This document shows, one piece after another, positions 14,176-27,852 of a stretch of DNA of 64,000 nt. A model generated the notes under the pieces. The model had not been told where the DNA came from, did not search any database, and was given only the letters and a program-made list of their open reading frames with translations. The DNA is taken from contig CP075495.1 of NCBI GenBank assembly GCA_021613535.1, forward strand, positions 6,014,001 through 6,078,000. The letters run 5' to 3'. Origin of the DNA: Adineta vaga. Lineage: Eukaryota > Animalia > Rotifera. Positions within the stretch are counted from its first letter, which is position 1. The number at the start of each line of letters is the position of its first letter. The translations under genes and the position numbers were made by a program.

Positions 14176-15048
14176 TTTTATTTCTCTAAAGTTAGAGACA
14201 TACATACAAACACTGTCTAGAATTAAACTATTCAATTAACAGTTATAAGGGAAGGAAGAAAAGGAACTCTTTACTAATGAATAAAGATCATTAGTTATCA
14301 CAGTCAATAGTCTATTAATCATTTCTATCTTTCTTATAAGAGTTATATATATATATACATATACATACATGTGTCTTTGTATATCAAAGGCATACTCTTT
14401 GAAAGAATGTGAATAATGATTTTTAGTAGAGTTAAAATAAAAATGATTGAAGTATTTTTTATCTTCTCAATTTATCTATTTGATTTAAGAAAAGAAATAC
14501 ATTTATTTTCTGGCATCTTCTAATTTATCATTTAATCAATCTGTAAAATATTGATCAGATAATAATAATTCAGAATGTTTGATAGTAAGATATGATTTCT
14601 TAAGAAAAACAAAAAATACAACCAAATCAATTGAAAAACCTAATATGATAGATTATTGATACAGAATATTCTATGATTGCATTCTTATCTCTTTTCTATT
14701 TGAGAAAATAACAAGAAATTTTTGGATCTTTATCACAAGGGATCGATTTATATTGTTGATCGATGTTTAGACTTTATCATATAACGACATCTTTTGATGA
14801 TCTTTTCATGTGGTTCATAAATGCAAATAATATGGCATAGACGCAGCCGTAGATGTTATTCTTCTCTCGGAATGAGTTTCTCGGTTCTGTTGTAACACTT
14901 TCCGTCGCATTGAATTAGAACAGAGTGTGTGGGTGAAAAACACATAATTGTAGACATATTATTGTTCGTTGAACTTGAAAACATTTAATATCGTTTATTC
15001 TAAAAAAATTTATATTAATTATCGTAAGATCTGAAAAATTTGGCAATT

Positions 15049-18000
15049 ATGACAAATTATTTACACAGATTCTATGAAAATATAACAAGAAAGAAAACTT
15101 ATGATACGGAATCATTACAAACATCTCAATTGAGACGCTGTTTAACTGTTTTTGATCTTACTATTCTTGGTAGAGAAAAAAATTCATCGTCAATGTCTTC
15201 TTATAAAACTTTTCTTCCATCATCTATTATCTAGGTATTGGATCAACATTAGGTACAGGAACGTACATTCTTACAGGGCAAGTAGCCCATGAAACAGCAG
15301 GACCATCAATAATATTAAGTTTTCTTATTGCAGCTATTGCATCCATTCTTGCAGGTAATTTTACCTTTTATTCAACTGTTATGTATGATTTCTGTTACAG
15401 GTGTTTGTTATGCTGAATTCGGTTCACGAGCACCACGTGCAGGCAGTGCCTATACCTATACATATGTTAGTGTTGGTGAAATAATGGCATTTATTATTGG
15501 TAAATCATTGTCTTGATTTCGAATTAAAATTCGGAATTTTTCATGTTCGATTTAGGATGGAATATGATTCTTGAATATGTCATCGGTATGTAAAATTAAT
15601 ATATGATATCATTTAAGAATTCTCTTTTCATCTGAAATTTCATAACGCATCATTAACATAGATAATACTACTGAATGAATAAAAAAGAATGAGAATATAA
15701 TTTCATTTCTGCTTTTTTTTTGTCAAAATTCTTAGGTGCCGCTAGTACAGCACGAGCATTAAGTGCTTATTTTGATTCACTTATTAATTTTGTAATGAAA
15801 GATTACTTTTCAACACATTTTCCATTACATTCCGAAACATTTGCACCATATGCTGATCTATTTGCTATGACGTTATGTCTAGTTATAACTAGTATGTTAA
15901 ACACTGATTTATAAAACACGAATGAAATGCTTTCCTTTTCTTCTTCTTCTCTCTTATAGTTCTTTTGATTGTTGGAATCAAAGAATCAGCTGTATTGAAT
16001 AATGTTTTTACATTTGTCAATCTTGCGGTTATTTTACTTGTTATTGCCATTGGTTTAACAAAAATTCGTGGACATAATTGGCATATCTCTTTGAACGAAG
16101 TATAATCGATTTCAAATGATTTTATCGATAGATGAGATTGATTTTTGTAGATACGAAATTTTACGAATGAAACGGAAGGTGTGGGTAAAGGTGGATTTTT
16201 TCCATTTGGAATCGAAGGAACTTTAGCAGGAGCTGCTACTTGTTTCTATGCTTTTGTTGGTTTTGATTTAGTTGCGACAACAGGTTAGAAAGTTCTTTTA
16301 AATATAGATAATTTTTGAAAAGTTCTTCGTCGTTCAATAGGTGAAGAAAGTAAAAATCCACAACGAGCGATTCCAATGTCAATTTGTTTGACATTAATAG
16401 TTTGTACGTTTATTTATTGTGCTGTTTCAATTGTTATTACATTGATGGTAAGTAAATTTATTCATATATGTTATTAATCCAATTATATTAAATAGCATGA
16501 AAAGCACTATTGTTCTTTTTTCTCTGGAAAACATCTTAGAAAACGTGACATAAGACTAAGTATAGTAGAATTAGAAACGGAAATGTTTTCATCGTTTGTG
16601 CTTCATATGACGTATGATAGTATTCAATGAAAGAACGGATATGCATCGGTCCTTTCAAATGTGTTTTTGATTGATGTCTAACTGTTTCATTCATATTTCT
16701 TTTTACAAAAAATTTTTCAACAGATATTTTGAATTGAAAGTCAATTATATAAATAAAAGAGGAGAAAATAAAATATTACATCACCTATGTTTGTTATACT
16801 TGCCGTTGAATCGATATGTTCTTTTCATTTATTTTGTCAATTAGTATTCATATTCAATAATTTGCCCATTAATTGAAGACGTTCTCCTATAATATTCTAG
16901 TGTCCTTAGTCTACGAAATAACAAATGATGAGAGACTAAAAAAATTCAATTCTTTATTTAGGTTCCGTATTATCTTCTTAATCCTGATGCAGTTTTTCCT
17001 GAAGCGTTTCGTTATGTTCAATTACCAGCATTTAAATATATTATTGGTGCTGGTGCATTAACTGGTTCGATTTTTTTTCTCTTTGTTTTTTTTGTATACA
17101 AATGATCTTTTTAAGGAATCTTCGCTTCATTACTTGGTTCACTTTTACCATTACCACGCGTTCTATATGCTATAGCTGCTGATGGTCTAATTTTTCGTTT
17201 TATCTCTTGGATTCATCCACAGTTACAAACACCAATTATAGCAACAATTCTTGGTGGTATTGCTTCAGGTAAAACCAAAATTAATTCGGATAGAATCGAA
17301 TCAATTCAATCATTAAACTTGTCTTTATAGCACTTATGGCATTATTATTTGATTTGAAAAAATTAGTGGAAATGATGTCAATTGGAACATTACTTGCATA
17401 TTCACTCGTGTCAATATCAGTTTTATTTTTACGGTAAATCATTTTTTTTTATTTATTCTGTTTGTTTCACTTCATTTATACGTTATATTTAGTTATCAAC
17501 CTTCTGATGACCCACTTTTACGGTCAAGTACACCTACAGTTGGACCAATTTGGAGAGAATTACTTCGACCATCACAAGTTTATCCAACTGTATATACAGC
17601 AAAAGTAACGAAATATCTGATTACATTATTAAGTAAGAATCTTAGTTTTAAAATCAAATGTATCAAGATATAATGTTTAATAATAGTTCTCAATGGTTTT
17701 ATTCTTTGTGCAATACAAATTTTTGCTGGACATCGTCTTGCTAACAAAGAATTTGGCATGATCGTTATTTTTGGATTTTTTCTATTCACGGAATTTCTTC
17801 TGGTTTCAGCAATTGCACGACAACCCAAAAGTGAAAGAGCATCCTATTTTGAAGTGAGTTCTATCAAAAAAAAAGTTTCATATCAAAATAAAAAATTTCT
17901 TCATCTGTTTCTTTTTTTCAGTCGACTTTTCATGAGGTTTGTATTCAGTGTTGTTTTCTCATAAAGATATCGTCAGTGTCAATAATTGATAATACGTTTC

Positions 18001-18288
18001 TTTTTTTGTTTTTATAGACTCCATTAGTACCTTATATACCGATATTGAGTGTATTGATTAATACATATTTAATTTTGAAATTATCACCTGCTACATGGAT
18101 TCGATTTGGTGTTTGGATGTTTGTTGGTATGTTATGATTTTCAATGATAGAAGTGAAAAATTGCGAATTATTTTTTATTAGGTTTTCTTATCTATGGATT
18201 TTATGGATTTTGGCATAGTTCACAGCGATTTATTAATGATACACAACGACTTCTCTCGGGCAGTACATCATCATTAATCACTTCTTAA
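15049..18288 (+). CDS. Cationic amino-acid transporter (SLC7A1-4/CAT, APC superfamily)
   Basis: Exons give [107 protein letters not shown] and C-terminal [10 protein letters not shown]...TWIRFGVWM. Stop TAA ends at 18288. Confidence 0.95.
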
Positions 18289-20271
18289 AAAGAAATTTGA
18301 TTTGAAGATCTTTTTCTCGTTGTTGTTTTTGTTGTTGTTGTATGTAATGCAATGTTGTTTTGTGAGTATCATTGTTATTATAAATTAACTTCTTATCTCA
18401 CTATTTTAAATCTATAAAAATTTAGTCAAATGTTATTATTTTTTTCTTTCTGATATTTTATTGTTTAATCTCGTTCTCTTGTTGTTTGTGAGTAATCGAA
18501 AATCTAGTCAATTTTCTATTGTATTTCTTCATCTATTATTTTCAATTTGTGAATTCTTCTCTTTAAACTCATTTTACGATATCATTGTTGTTCTATTTTA
18601 ATGACGAAAAAAAAAATATATGTTTATATGTTGTCACAGGTACTCATTTCTTTTGATTAATCATTGGTATATTCATATAACTTGATGAATGACAACGAAG
18701 AGAAAAAAACGACAGTGAGAGAGAAAAAATAATCGAAGTATCGTTCTGTCACACATGAATAATTTTACGTTTTTTTTGCTCGTTTTCAGACGCCGTTACT
18801 ACGTTTGAATATATTTTCTATGCTGTCCTTCTATCGAGAAAATCAACATGTTTCGAATGTTATTTCTTCAAGGATAAAACTAATTATTTTATATAAGTAT
18901 GAAAATGACAGAAGAAGTAAAAAAAAACTTTCTCCATGTCTAATGAGAAACCGCAAATCATAGTGAAAGTAAAAAAAAAATTTTATTTAAGTATAGTACA
19001 AATAGTTATAAATAGCGTTTCATTCAAACTACACTAGATTACTAAACATAAAACGGTCAATTTAAATGTATACATTGCAAATATTCTACTCGTATGATTC
19101 GATGAGCAATGGATATATTGTCATATGAAGATATCTAAGAATGATTGATGTTTGTTTGCATAATCAAGGACATGATATTACAAAAGATTAATTCAAGCGA
19201 GTAATCAGTATGTTACATCATTTGGATGTCGAAATATGATCAATGAAAATTTTACATTAAGTTCGATTCGAATAAGAGTCGTATGCCTATTTTGTCAGTT
19301 TAATGAGACAAACACTTTTCCCATCTTTTTTTCTTATTTTTTGATATAGATCAACATAAATCATGTTTTGATTAAAAATACTGTCAAAGTAAACGAAATA
19401 TTTGTACGAAAGTCTAAAACCTTTCATGCATATCAAGTTATTATTCAAATAAAAGAAGGTTTCATAGGCCAAGTATTTCATTCTCAAAAATAAAATTTCC
19501 TTCGATTTATCTGTTCAACTATAGACTTGTTACATTAATGAATGCATTAGTTAGCATTGTTTTCAATGACAAATCATGATTCACTTAATTTTTTCATAAT
19601 TGTGAATGTCGAAATTCAATGCAATGTTTAAAATAAATAAATCAGTTGTGGCATCATTTGATCTGATTAAAACTGCTTAATTCATCCGACTAGTTTATCA
19701 AGTTGAATAAGAAGATGATTAATTTAATCGTTTTTTTTAAATAATAGATTAAAAGAAAAAGAAATAATTTTACAGATTTCTATTTTCAATCGTTAAACAC
19801 TGATATTCGAAGAAAGTTTTGTTTTGCTTCAATAAATGTGAAAAAAAAACAAGGCAAAGAAGTAACAATAAAATAAATCGAACATGAACAAACTATTCTA
19901 CTCTTGACTAAATTCTCTAATCGTCTCTTTGATATCTTTTCACAATTACATACACAAAATGAAAGCCTTCTTATACTAAATTAATAATACTTGAAAGAAA
20001 AGAAAAGAAAGAAATCAACTGACAGTCATTATGTGTATTAAAAAATGAGAAAGAAAGAAAGAAAGACAAAGAACTAGAGAGATTAGACAAATATCAAATA
20101 GGTGTGCATATTCACATATACACACAAAATAAACGCATCAACAAATAAACGTCGAAATGAAATCTGCGCAAAGTAGTGTTAAACAAATTCGTGATTTTTT
20201 TCTGGTAGATAGAAGAAAGAGAGATTGTATCCTCTCAAACGAAAGATAGAAAAAGTTAATATATATTTTCT

Positions 20272-21104
20272 TTAATAGAGAGGTAGACCACCACCTAATC
20301 CACCAAGACTATTACCGAATCCACCTAGTCCACCACCAAGGCCGCCTCCGTAACCACCACCAAGACCGCCTCCGAAACCACCGCCAAAACCTGGAACACC
20401 TGGTATACCACCACCATAAGCGACAGTCATCATCGGTAAGGCCTGATAACCAAGATTGGAACCAAAACCACCTCCGAGTGGAAGACCACCACCAAATCCA
20501 CCTCCTAGTGGAAGACCACCACCACCAAATCCGCCTCCAAGTGGAAGACCACCACCAAATCCACCTCCAAGTGGAAGACCACCACCAAATCCGCCTCCTA
20601 ATGGAAGACCACCACCAAAACCACCTCCAAGTGGTAGACCACCACCGAATCCGCCTCCTAATGGAAGACCACCACCAAAACCACCTCCAAGTGGTAGACC
20701 ACCACCGAAACCGCCTCCACATGGATTAGCTGCTGGTAATGGAGCAGCAATATAAATAACTGGTCGTTTTTGACGACCACCTACTGTTGGAATATAATAC
20801 TCAGTCCATTGTGTTACTGCCCAAGGTTCTTGAACAATTGTTGGTTGTGTAACAATAGCGCCTGCTCCTCGACCACCGTATCCTAAATACAATAATTAGT
20901 AGAATCTTTACATAACTTTATCTTACCTGTATATGGTCCATAACCAGCAAGTCCTGGTTGAGCACCATAACCATAACCAGTTCCATATCTATATTATTAT
21001 CATAAACTATGCTTCGATCAGATAAACAGAATTTAAACTCACTGATTTAAATATGGATCTCCACCATATGCGGCTTGATTTCGTCGAGCTCCTCGATTAC
21101 CCAT
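20272..21104 (-). CDS. Gly-rich repeat protein A (3 coding exons; MGNRGARR N-terminus; 8x GGGFGGGLPL)
   Basis: ATG at 21104: MGNRGARRNQAAYGGDPYLNQ | YGTGYGYGAQPGLAGYGPYTG | YGGRGAG...KRPVIYIAAP...GGGLPLY*. The frame is preserved across two GT-AG introns, and the N-terminus is paralogous to the gene at 23498. Confidence 0.85.
20462..20720 (-). repeat. Coding 30-nt tandem repeat (GGGFGGGLPL) with a 60-nt higher-order unit
   Basis: 20581-20640 and 20641-20700 differ at one base; one unit has an extra Gly codon. Confidence 0.95.
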
Positions 21105-23278
21105 TCTAGAAAAATTTTGTCTACTTAGCAAGTATGTTCGATCGATAAAATATTCTTTCGTATGAATAGAAACAAACCTTTATGTAGTTATTTAGTACTG
21201 ATATTGGTCGTTGATCGGTGTATAACTGATTGTATTATCTGACAAACAAAGAAAAAGAGACAATAGAGAAATGTGAAGAAATATAAATGAGCAATATCAT
21301 TAAGCATAATATGGTATATATGCATATGCAACAAAAAAAACGAAAAAAGAAAGATAAATGAGTGAGGTGGGATCCCTATTTACACGTCAACGTATATAAA
21401 AAAGCTAGATGGGTGATCGATCAATTGGATGCGGTGTTGTGTATCAAATGTTGTATGTGAGCATAAAAAGAAAGACACAGAGAGAGACAGTGAAAGAAGA
21501 AGAAGAGAGAGAGAGAGCAAAATTCGTTTAAAAAAGAAAGGAATAGGAAGCAAAGTAATCAAGGTAAAAAAAGACGACAGCGCGCGGTTACGTGGTATAC
21601 ATGTTGCGGTGTGAGGCAATCAAGCGTAGAATAGTCGTCCCTATATTCGCTCATTTTTTGCGATTAACAAACGTCGTAAGAGTGGTTTGTTGTTCGTATT
21701 ACGAAAATGTTGATTAAAAAAGATTGATAATTTATAATAAATAAAAATGAATCAAAACGAATAGATATAATCATAAAAATTACAACAAAATGTATTCTTT
21801 TTGATGATTAAATAAATATTCTAAACAATCTGTAACAATATTCATAAACAATCACACCTTTGCTAAATATGTATTTAGAATCGAATGATTGATATTATCG
21901 TATGAAATATATATCTATGATATTCTGCTGGGACAAGACATGTGCAAAAGTATACCATCGTCAGTTTGTAAACAACACTTGACCTATTGAATTTTTTAAA
22001 ATATTAAACGATCTAACACATGTTATATGATAATTACGTTGAATGAGAAAGTATAAGATGAATATCGATCGATAAAAATATAGAGAATTCTTATTTATTT
22101 CGAGAATAAGTTTCTCTCCTACAAACTCTTGTCGAGTTATGCATATATCTGTTGACTAGACATCGATTTTTTCTAACAAACAATTTGATCAATTATTTAG
22201 ACTTCTAATGCTTCATGTAAAAATTAAAAAGTAAATATGATTTTATATCCTCTTTAGAATATAATATTGTATAAAATTATATAAATTATTAGAAAGCTTC
22301 TATATAAGTTGAGATTAAATGTTTCATTTAAAATACTAATGATAAATTTATACATCGTCTCAATTTGTTTCTATAAAACTATAGTGTGAGAGTTTATCAC
22401 ACTTCTTGTTTGCGATACGATCAGTAATAAAGGAACTATTCTCTCATATGTTGTTAATGGTCCTTCAGCTAAAAAGAAAACTAGTGAATAACTTAGTGTA
22501 TTTATTTATGCATATAAGCAAGATTTTGTTCTAGTCTAGTACTATTGTTTCGACCTTGAAATAATAGATGATAAATTTAAAAATACAATAGAGCTAAAAC
22601 CACAATAATAATGATCAATAATTAACAAATAAAAGTACTTTTCTCTCTGTCTCTCTCTCTCCATATCTCTCTCCTTATGTAATGTATATCAAGGCATTTT
22701 GTCGACTCATCATCAATAAAAACAATCTCAAGGTTATCATAAATAGTTAAACATACACCGAATAAAATGATAGGATATTACTTTTCCCCGTCTGCCAAAT
22801 CAAACTTATTTTCGCTTATGTGTTTACAGATAAATATATTTATGTGGTTTAACACTGATTTTCGTTTTTTCGACTATTGACGATCATATTCAGGTAACTG
22901 ACACGTCACTTCGTGCACATAGATATGTTTATTCTAAGTAGATAGATTTATGATTGCTCTCTCTCTCTCTCTCTCTGGTTATTATATTAGTAAACTAAAC
23001 GGCCGTGGTTGATAAAAACATCTTTTTCTTTTTTTTGTGTAGATATTACCGCCGTTGATGAAACCTTCTCTTTACGCGTCATTGACTGATGCACGCGTAA
23101 CTCACAGACAAATATGATAAACCAATTGTATTGTATATGCGCCGTCCTTACAGTAAGGGCCGATCGGCGGCGTCTAATTTTTTAGCCAAAAAGCTTCTCT
23201 CTTTTCCCTTTTTCTCTCTATTTTTTCTCCCTTTCTTCTCTTATTATCATCTAAAACGAAAAGGTGAAACCGCTTACC

Positions 23279-23285
23279 TATAAAA
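23279..23285 (+). promoter_or_regulatory. Candidate TATA box of repeat protein B
   Basis: tataaaa lies about 70 nt upstream of the donor (gtaagt, about 23350) of a non-coding first exon and downstream of a CT-rich tract. Confidence 0.35.
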
Positions 23286-23497
23286 TCAGAAACATTTGTA
23301 TTGAATCGATTACTTGAGATCGACAATCGTCATCGTCACTTGGATAAAAGTAAGTATTTAGTGTGATTGCAATTATCATTACTCTTTAGTTTCGTTTCTT
23401 GAGAAGCATTAAAAGTTACCAGTTTCTTCTAACCATACATAACTGATTATACTTATTTTAGGCATTCACGTAGTAGTTTATCGTCAATCAATAAAAT

Positions 23498-25654
23498 ATG
23501 GGAAACCGAGGAGCACGTAATCGACAAGCTGGTCTTCCAGCATACGGTGCAGGATATGATCCATATTATGGAATGGATTACTATGGCGGTGCTTATGATC
23601 CTTATGGAGCTTCATGTAAGTTTGCATAATTTGCAATATCTTGTACATATAAAATATTCACGAATACACTTTCAACATTCTTCTAGATGGTGGTTATCCA
23701 ACTGGTGGATATGCAACAGGTTATGTTACAACAGCTGTTGTTCCAGCTGGACCTATTGGTCGAGGCCCACTTGTTGGTGGCTACGGTGGTCTCGGTGGTG
23801 GTCTCGGTGGTCTCGGTGGTGGTCTCGGTGTTGGTCTTACACCTAAAGTTCGTGCTATCTTCATTCCTCAAGGTGGCGCTGCTGCCGCTCCTTGGTAAGA
23901 TAATTTTTCTGTAGCTTTGCTGCGAGATTTGCTATAAATATACTGCTTTTACGCTTGCTACAGCTGCCCTGCGGTAACACCTATGTTGCCACCACCAATG
24001 CCGGTTACTCCTTGGTAAAATAGCTTCCTTAAGATCATAGATAATCATTTGAAATAACGTATATTTTTCTCGTTTAATAGCTGTCCTGCTGCTCCAATGA
24101 TGCCACCACCAATGCCAGCTATAGGCGGATGTGGTAAGTTTTGAATGAAAGCCAGCATGATAGTTACATTCAATATATACTATGATTTTCATTTAATATA
24201 GGAGGAGGCTTCGGCGGAGGCTTCGGCGGTGGTCTTCCAATGGGAGGTTTCGGCGGTGGTCTTCCAATGGGAGGTTTCGGCGGTGGTCTTCCAATGGGAG
24301 GCTTCGGCGGTGGTCTTCCAATGGGAGGTTTCGGCGGTGGTCTTCCAGCAGGAGGTTTCGGCGGTGGTCTTCCAATGGGAGGCTTCGGCGGTGGTCTTCC
24401 AGTGGGAGGTTTCAGCGGTGGTAAGTTTTTCTTATGAACTAACGTGAAGAATAATATAAACGTAATTCTTTCTAGGTTATGGAGGTGCTAGTCTGATGTA
24501 TCATTCACATTTGTCATGAACACTTTTATAAAGTACGATGAATATTTTATGCAGCTTGATTAGTGATCACGAAAGTATGTCTCAATCACATTAACAATCT
24601 AAAATCGACGATGCATATCTGATGTTTTGATTTGTGAATGATTTTAGGGTGGCGGTCTTGCTTCCTATGGAGGTAACAAAGATTAGCCTTTAATCTTTTG
24701 AATAGGTTAATCAATGGTATTATTTGTAATTTAGGTATTGGCGGCGGTTTCGGTGGTGTTCCATCATTCGGAGGCGGTTTCGGTGGTGCCCCATCATTCG
24801 GAGGCGGTTTCGGTGGTGCCCCATCATTCGGAGGCGGCTTCGGTGGTGCCCCATCGTTCGGAGGCGGTTTCGGTGGTGTCCCATCATTCGGAGGCGGTTT
24901 CGGTGGTGCCCCATCATTCGGAGGCGGTTTCGGTGGCGGTTGTTCCATGGGTAAGACTTTTATATTTCATGTTTTGTCACTATTTGTGCTTAATACTTGA
25001 AGAAATATCGAACTTATAAACTTTTTTATTTTTTTAGGCGGTGCTCCACCTATGGGTATGATACGTTCATTAGAAGCTGTCGGTGCACCATTAATGCAAC
25101 CATACAATCAACTCCAAGCAGCTCCATTTCCACAACCTTGCCCAATTGCTCCACCACCCCAACCATACTTTCCACCACCACAACCATACTTCCCACCTCC
25201 ACAACCACAACCATACTGCCCACCTCCACAACCAATAGCACCACCTCAACCATACTATCCACCTCCACCACCACCACAACCAATCTGTTTACCACCACCT
25301 CCACCACCTCAACAATACTGTCCACCACCTCAACCAATCTGTCCACCACCACAATTCGCTCCACCTCCACCACAATTTCTTCCACCTCCACCACAATTTG
25401 CTCCACCTCCACAACAATTCCTTCCACCTCCACCACAATTTGCTCCACCTCCACCACAATTTCATCCACCTCCACCACCACCCCAATTTATTCCACCACC
25501 ACCACCACCACCCCAATTTATTCCACCACCACCACCTCAATATGCTCCACCACCACCACCTCAATATGCACCACCACCACCACCCCCACCTCAATATGCT
25601 CCACAAGGTGGCAGTGGTCGTATGATTTGCTGCTGTTTTCCAGCTCCCAACTAA
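23498..25654 (+). CDS. Gly/Pro/Gln-rich repeat protein B (MGNRGARNRQ N-terminus; C-terminal GRMICCCFPAPN)
   Basis: In-frame exons 23498-23615, 23687-23894, 23964-24014, 24081-24133, 24202-24420, 24735-24950 and 25038-25654, all GT-AG. Encodes YDPYY, PKVRAIFIP, two CCP..PPPMP exons, glycine repeats and a poly-Pro/Gln tail. Confidence 0.85.
24216..24420 (+). repeat. Coding 27-nt tandem repeat (about 7x GGFGGGLP[M/A/V])
   Basis: Repeated ggaggtttcggcggtggtcttccaatg units. Confidence 0.95.
24740..24940 (+). repeat. Coding 30-nt tandem repeat (6x GGGFGG[A/V]PSF)
   Basis: Repeated ggaggcggtttcggtggtgccccatcattc units. Confidence 0.95.
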
Positions 25655-27852
25655 AAAAGAATTCAGCAATATCATCCGTTAGACTTTTGTTTCTTTTTTT
25701 TTCTTTGCTGTGTAGACACATCTTGCTTTCCTATTTTTTTTCTTGTATTCTGGACTTATAAATTCATCTAAAGTTGTCATTTAATAATAGTCCAATTTAC
25801 AATTAACAAATTACACACTTAATTTAATGAAGAAGAAAATGTTTTCTACATCATCTGTATACATTTCAATCTTGATGATGAATTATAACACTTGTTTTGA
25901 TATTATTTGAAGCATTTCATGCTTCTCCGTTTATTTCATGTTCAAAACGCAATTGTTCTTCATTGTTTTCTGTTAGTATTTTTTCTGTTTCTTTTTTTGG
26001 CATTGAGTGAGTATTTGTTATACTAGTGCAGTTTTAATGTCATATGAAAGAAAAAAAATAAACAAAATAGACTTCTATCCAATCATTTTGAGTATTATTT
26101 TAATTTTCTATTTTAGTAAATAGATTGATATGAATATGCAGTGACTTTATGATTCACATCTGATACTATATATTTATGTATTTAGTTACTACTAAAAAGA
26201 GAGTCAGCTAATTTCAAGGATACTAGTGATGGTTCGTTTCTTTCTTTCTTTTTTATTTCGCCATCATTAAATTATATTTTGATCAAAACGAAGAAAAATT
26301 GGTTGAATATGTGGTTTTGATACCTGTCATATTTGCTTATACATACTGATCGAAGTATCATATATCAAAGACAAACAAGTATTGATGAAAAACAAAATAT
26401 CTGATTTATACTATAGACACTTTACACGCGTCACTAATTTTATGGCTATTAAGAAAGAATATATAGGAGATAGTGATGATAACAATAATGATCTGGGTAA
26501 TTTTCTAAAGGTTATTTATTTTTGACTCGTGAAATTTAATATGACTGAAATCGAACATTTGAATATATTGAAAAAAATTGTAATCAATATAGATCAACAT
26601 TTAATGCAATCATCAAGACAATTTGCAAGTCATAAAAGAAACAAAATGATCATCATTGAAACTTGTCCGATGATATGCTCACGCTAAATAGAAGATGAAT
26701 ACATTTACCTTGAATCTTTTCCTATATGATAGTAGATATGTATCTGTAATATAGTTCAATATGAAGAACTCAAAAAGAAGACTAGTATTTGTCGACTCAA
26801 TAAGCGACTATTCTCTTATAGATATATATAAAGATTTTAAATATAGTGCTTATTAAATATGATACTATTGAAATAATCAATTTATACTTTAAGGCAATTA
26901 TTCGATTACAAAATAAGATTCTATTACGTCTAGTTATTATATAAAGAGCAAGACTTTTTTAACGAATGTTATAATCATTAATTATTTGAATATAATCATT
27001 TTTTTGTATATATTGTTGAAAAAACATCGAAAAAACCTCATTTAGTACTGAATTGAATATGTCCTGGCAATGAGGTGATATTAAAATCTAGCAAACACAT
27101 TTCCTACGGGTTTTTATCTGTATCAAACTATATTGTGCCAAATTTTAGAATAATATAAATAGAAATTCATTTGATGAGAATAATAAACGTAAGATAGATC
27201 ATTTTTTTACTTCACCGGCGGCATAATTATCACATAAGTTTCATTACTTTTGTCACCCTATGTATGGGACGTATATTTTATTTCTTTCTATCATAGTTCG
27301 ATTAGGCAAACAAGCATGCAACTATAGGCAAGGTCTATCACTATAACTCATCATCTTACAGTACGTGAGGTCATCATTGACGGCTGCGAAAAGATCGGCC
27401 AAGAGGCAATTAGAACAGTAGAGCGAAAAGACAACCAAAATGAACGAAAAACTTGTCCCTAGGCAAATGCACTATAGAAGGAAATATATACATGATTGAA
27501 TTGTTTCGAGTAATATCTCTCTCTCTCTCTCGCCTTATGTCTTGATATTGATGGTTCTGCTGCGGTCGATTGATCAGAGAGAAAAAAAGAGAAAGAAGTA
27601 GAAAGAACATATGTGTAAAACCGTTCCAATTTCTCATTTAATAAAGTCGGTTGTTTGCATTTAACTTTAGAACTAGACTGTTCCAAATCAAATTGAAGGT
27701 AAGAAAAATTTAACGAAAATATTGCTTTTAAGTAGTAGTGAACATCTCTTCCTTTGATGTTCTTATTTACTACTAAGTTCCATTATATTTAATTTTTATA
27801 GGAACATATATATATATACATATATATCTATAAATTTACTTGAAACAAGAAA

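Noticed and set aside
20312-20755. Overlapping ORFs encoding PPPSGRPPP, WWWSS and EDHHQ repeats
   Set aside because: Antisense and alternate-frame shadows of the Gly-repeat exon. Only the minus-strand Gly frame connects by splice sites to an ATG exon paralogous to gene B.
24193-25761. Many stacked ORFs (Thr/Ser mucin-like, poly-Val/Glu, poly-Trp, poly-His)
   Set aside because: Stop-free shadows of GGN/CCA repeats. Splice phases support only the Gly then Pro/Gln frame ending in CCCFPAPN.
21589-27367. TACGTG (bHLH-PAS/Trh-Tango-type site) near each repeat-protein gene (21589, 23467 reverse, 27362)
   Set aside because: A 6-mer of this composition is expected about once every few kb on two strands, so three hits are not distinguishable from chance without conservation data.
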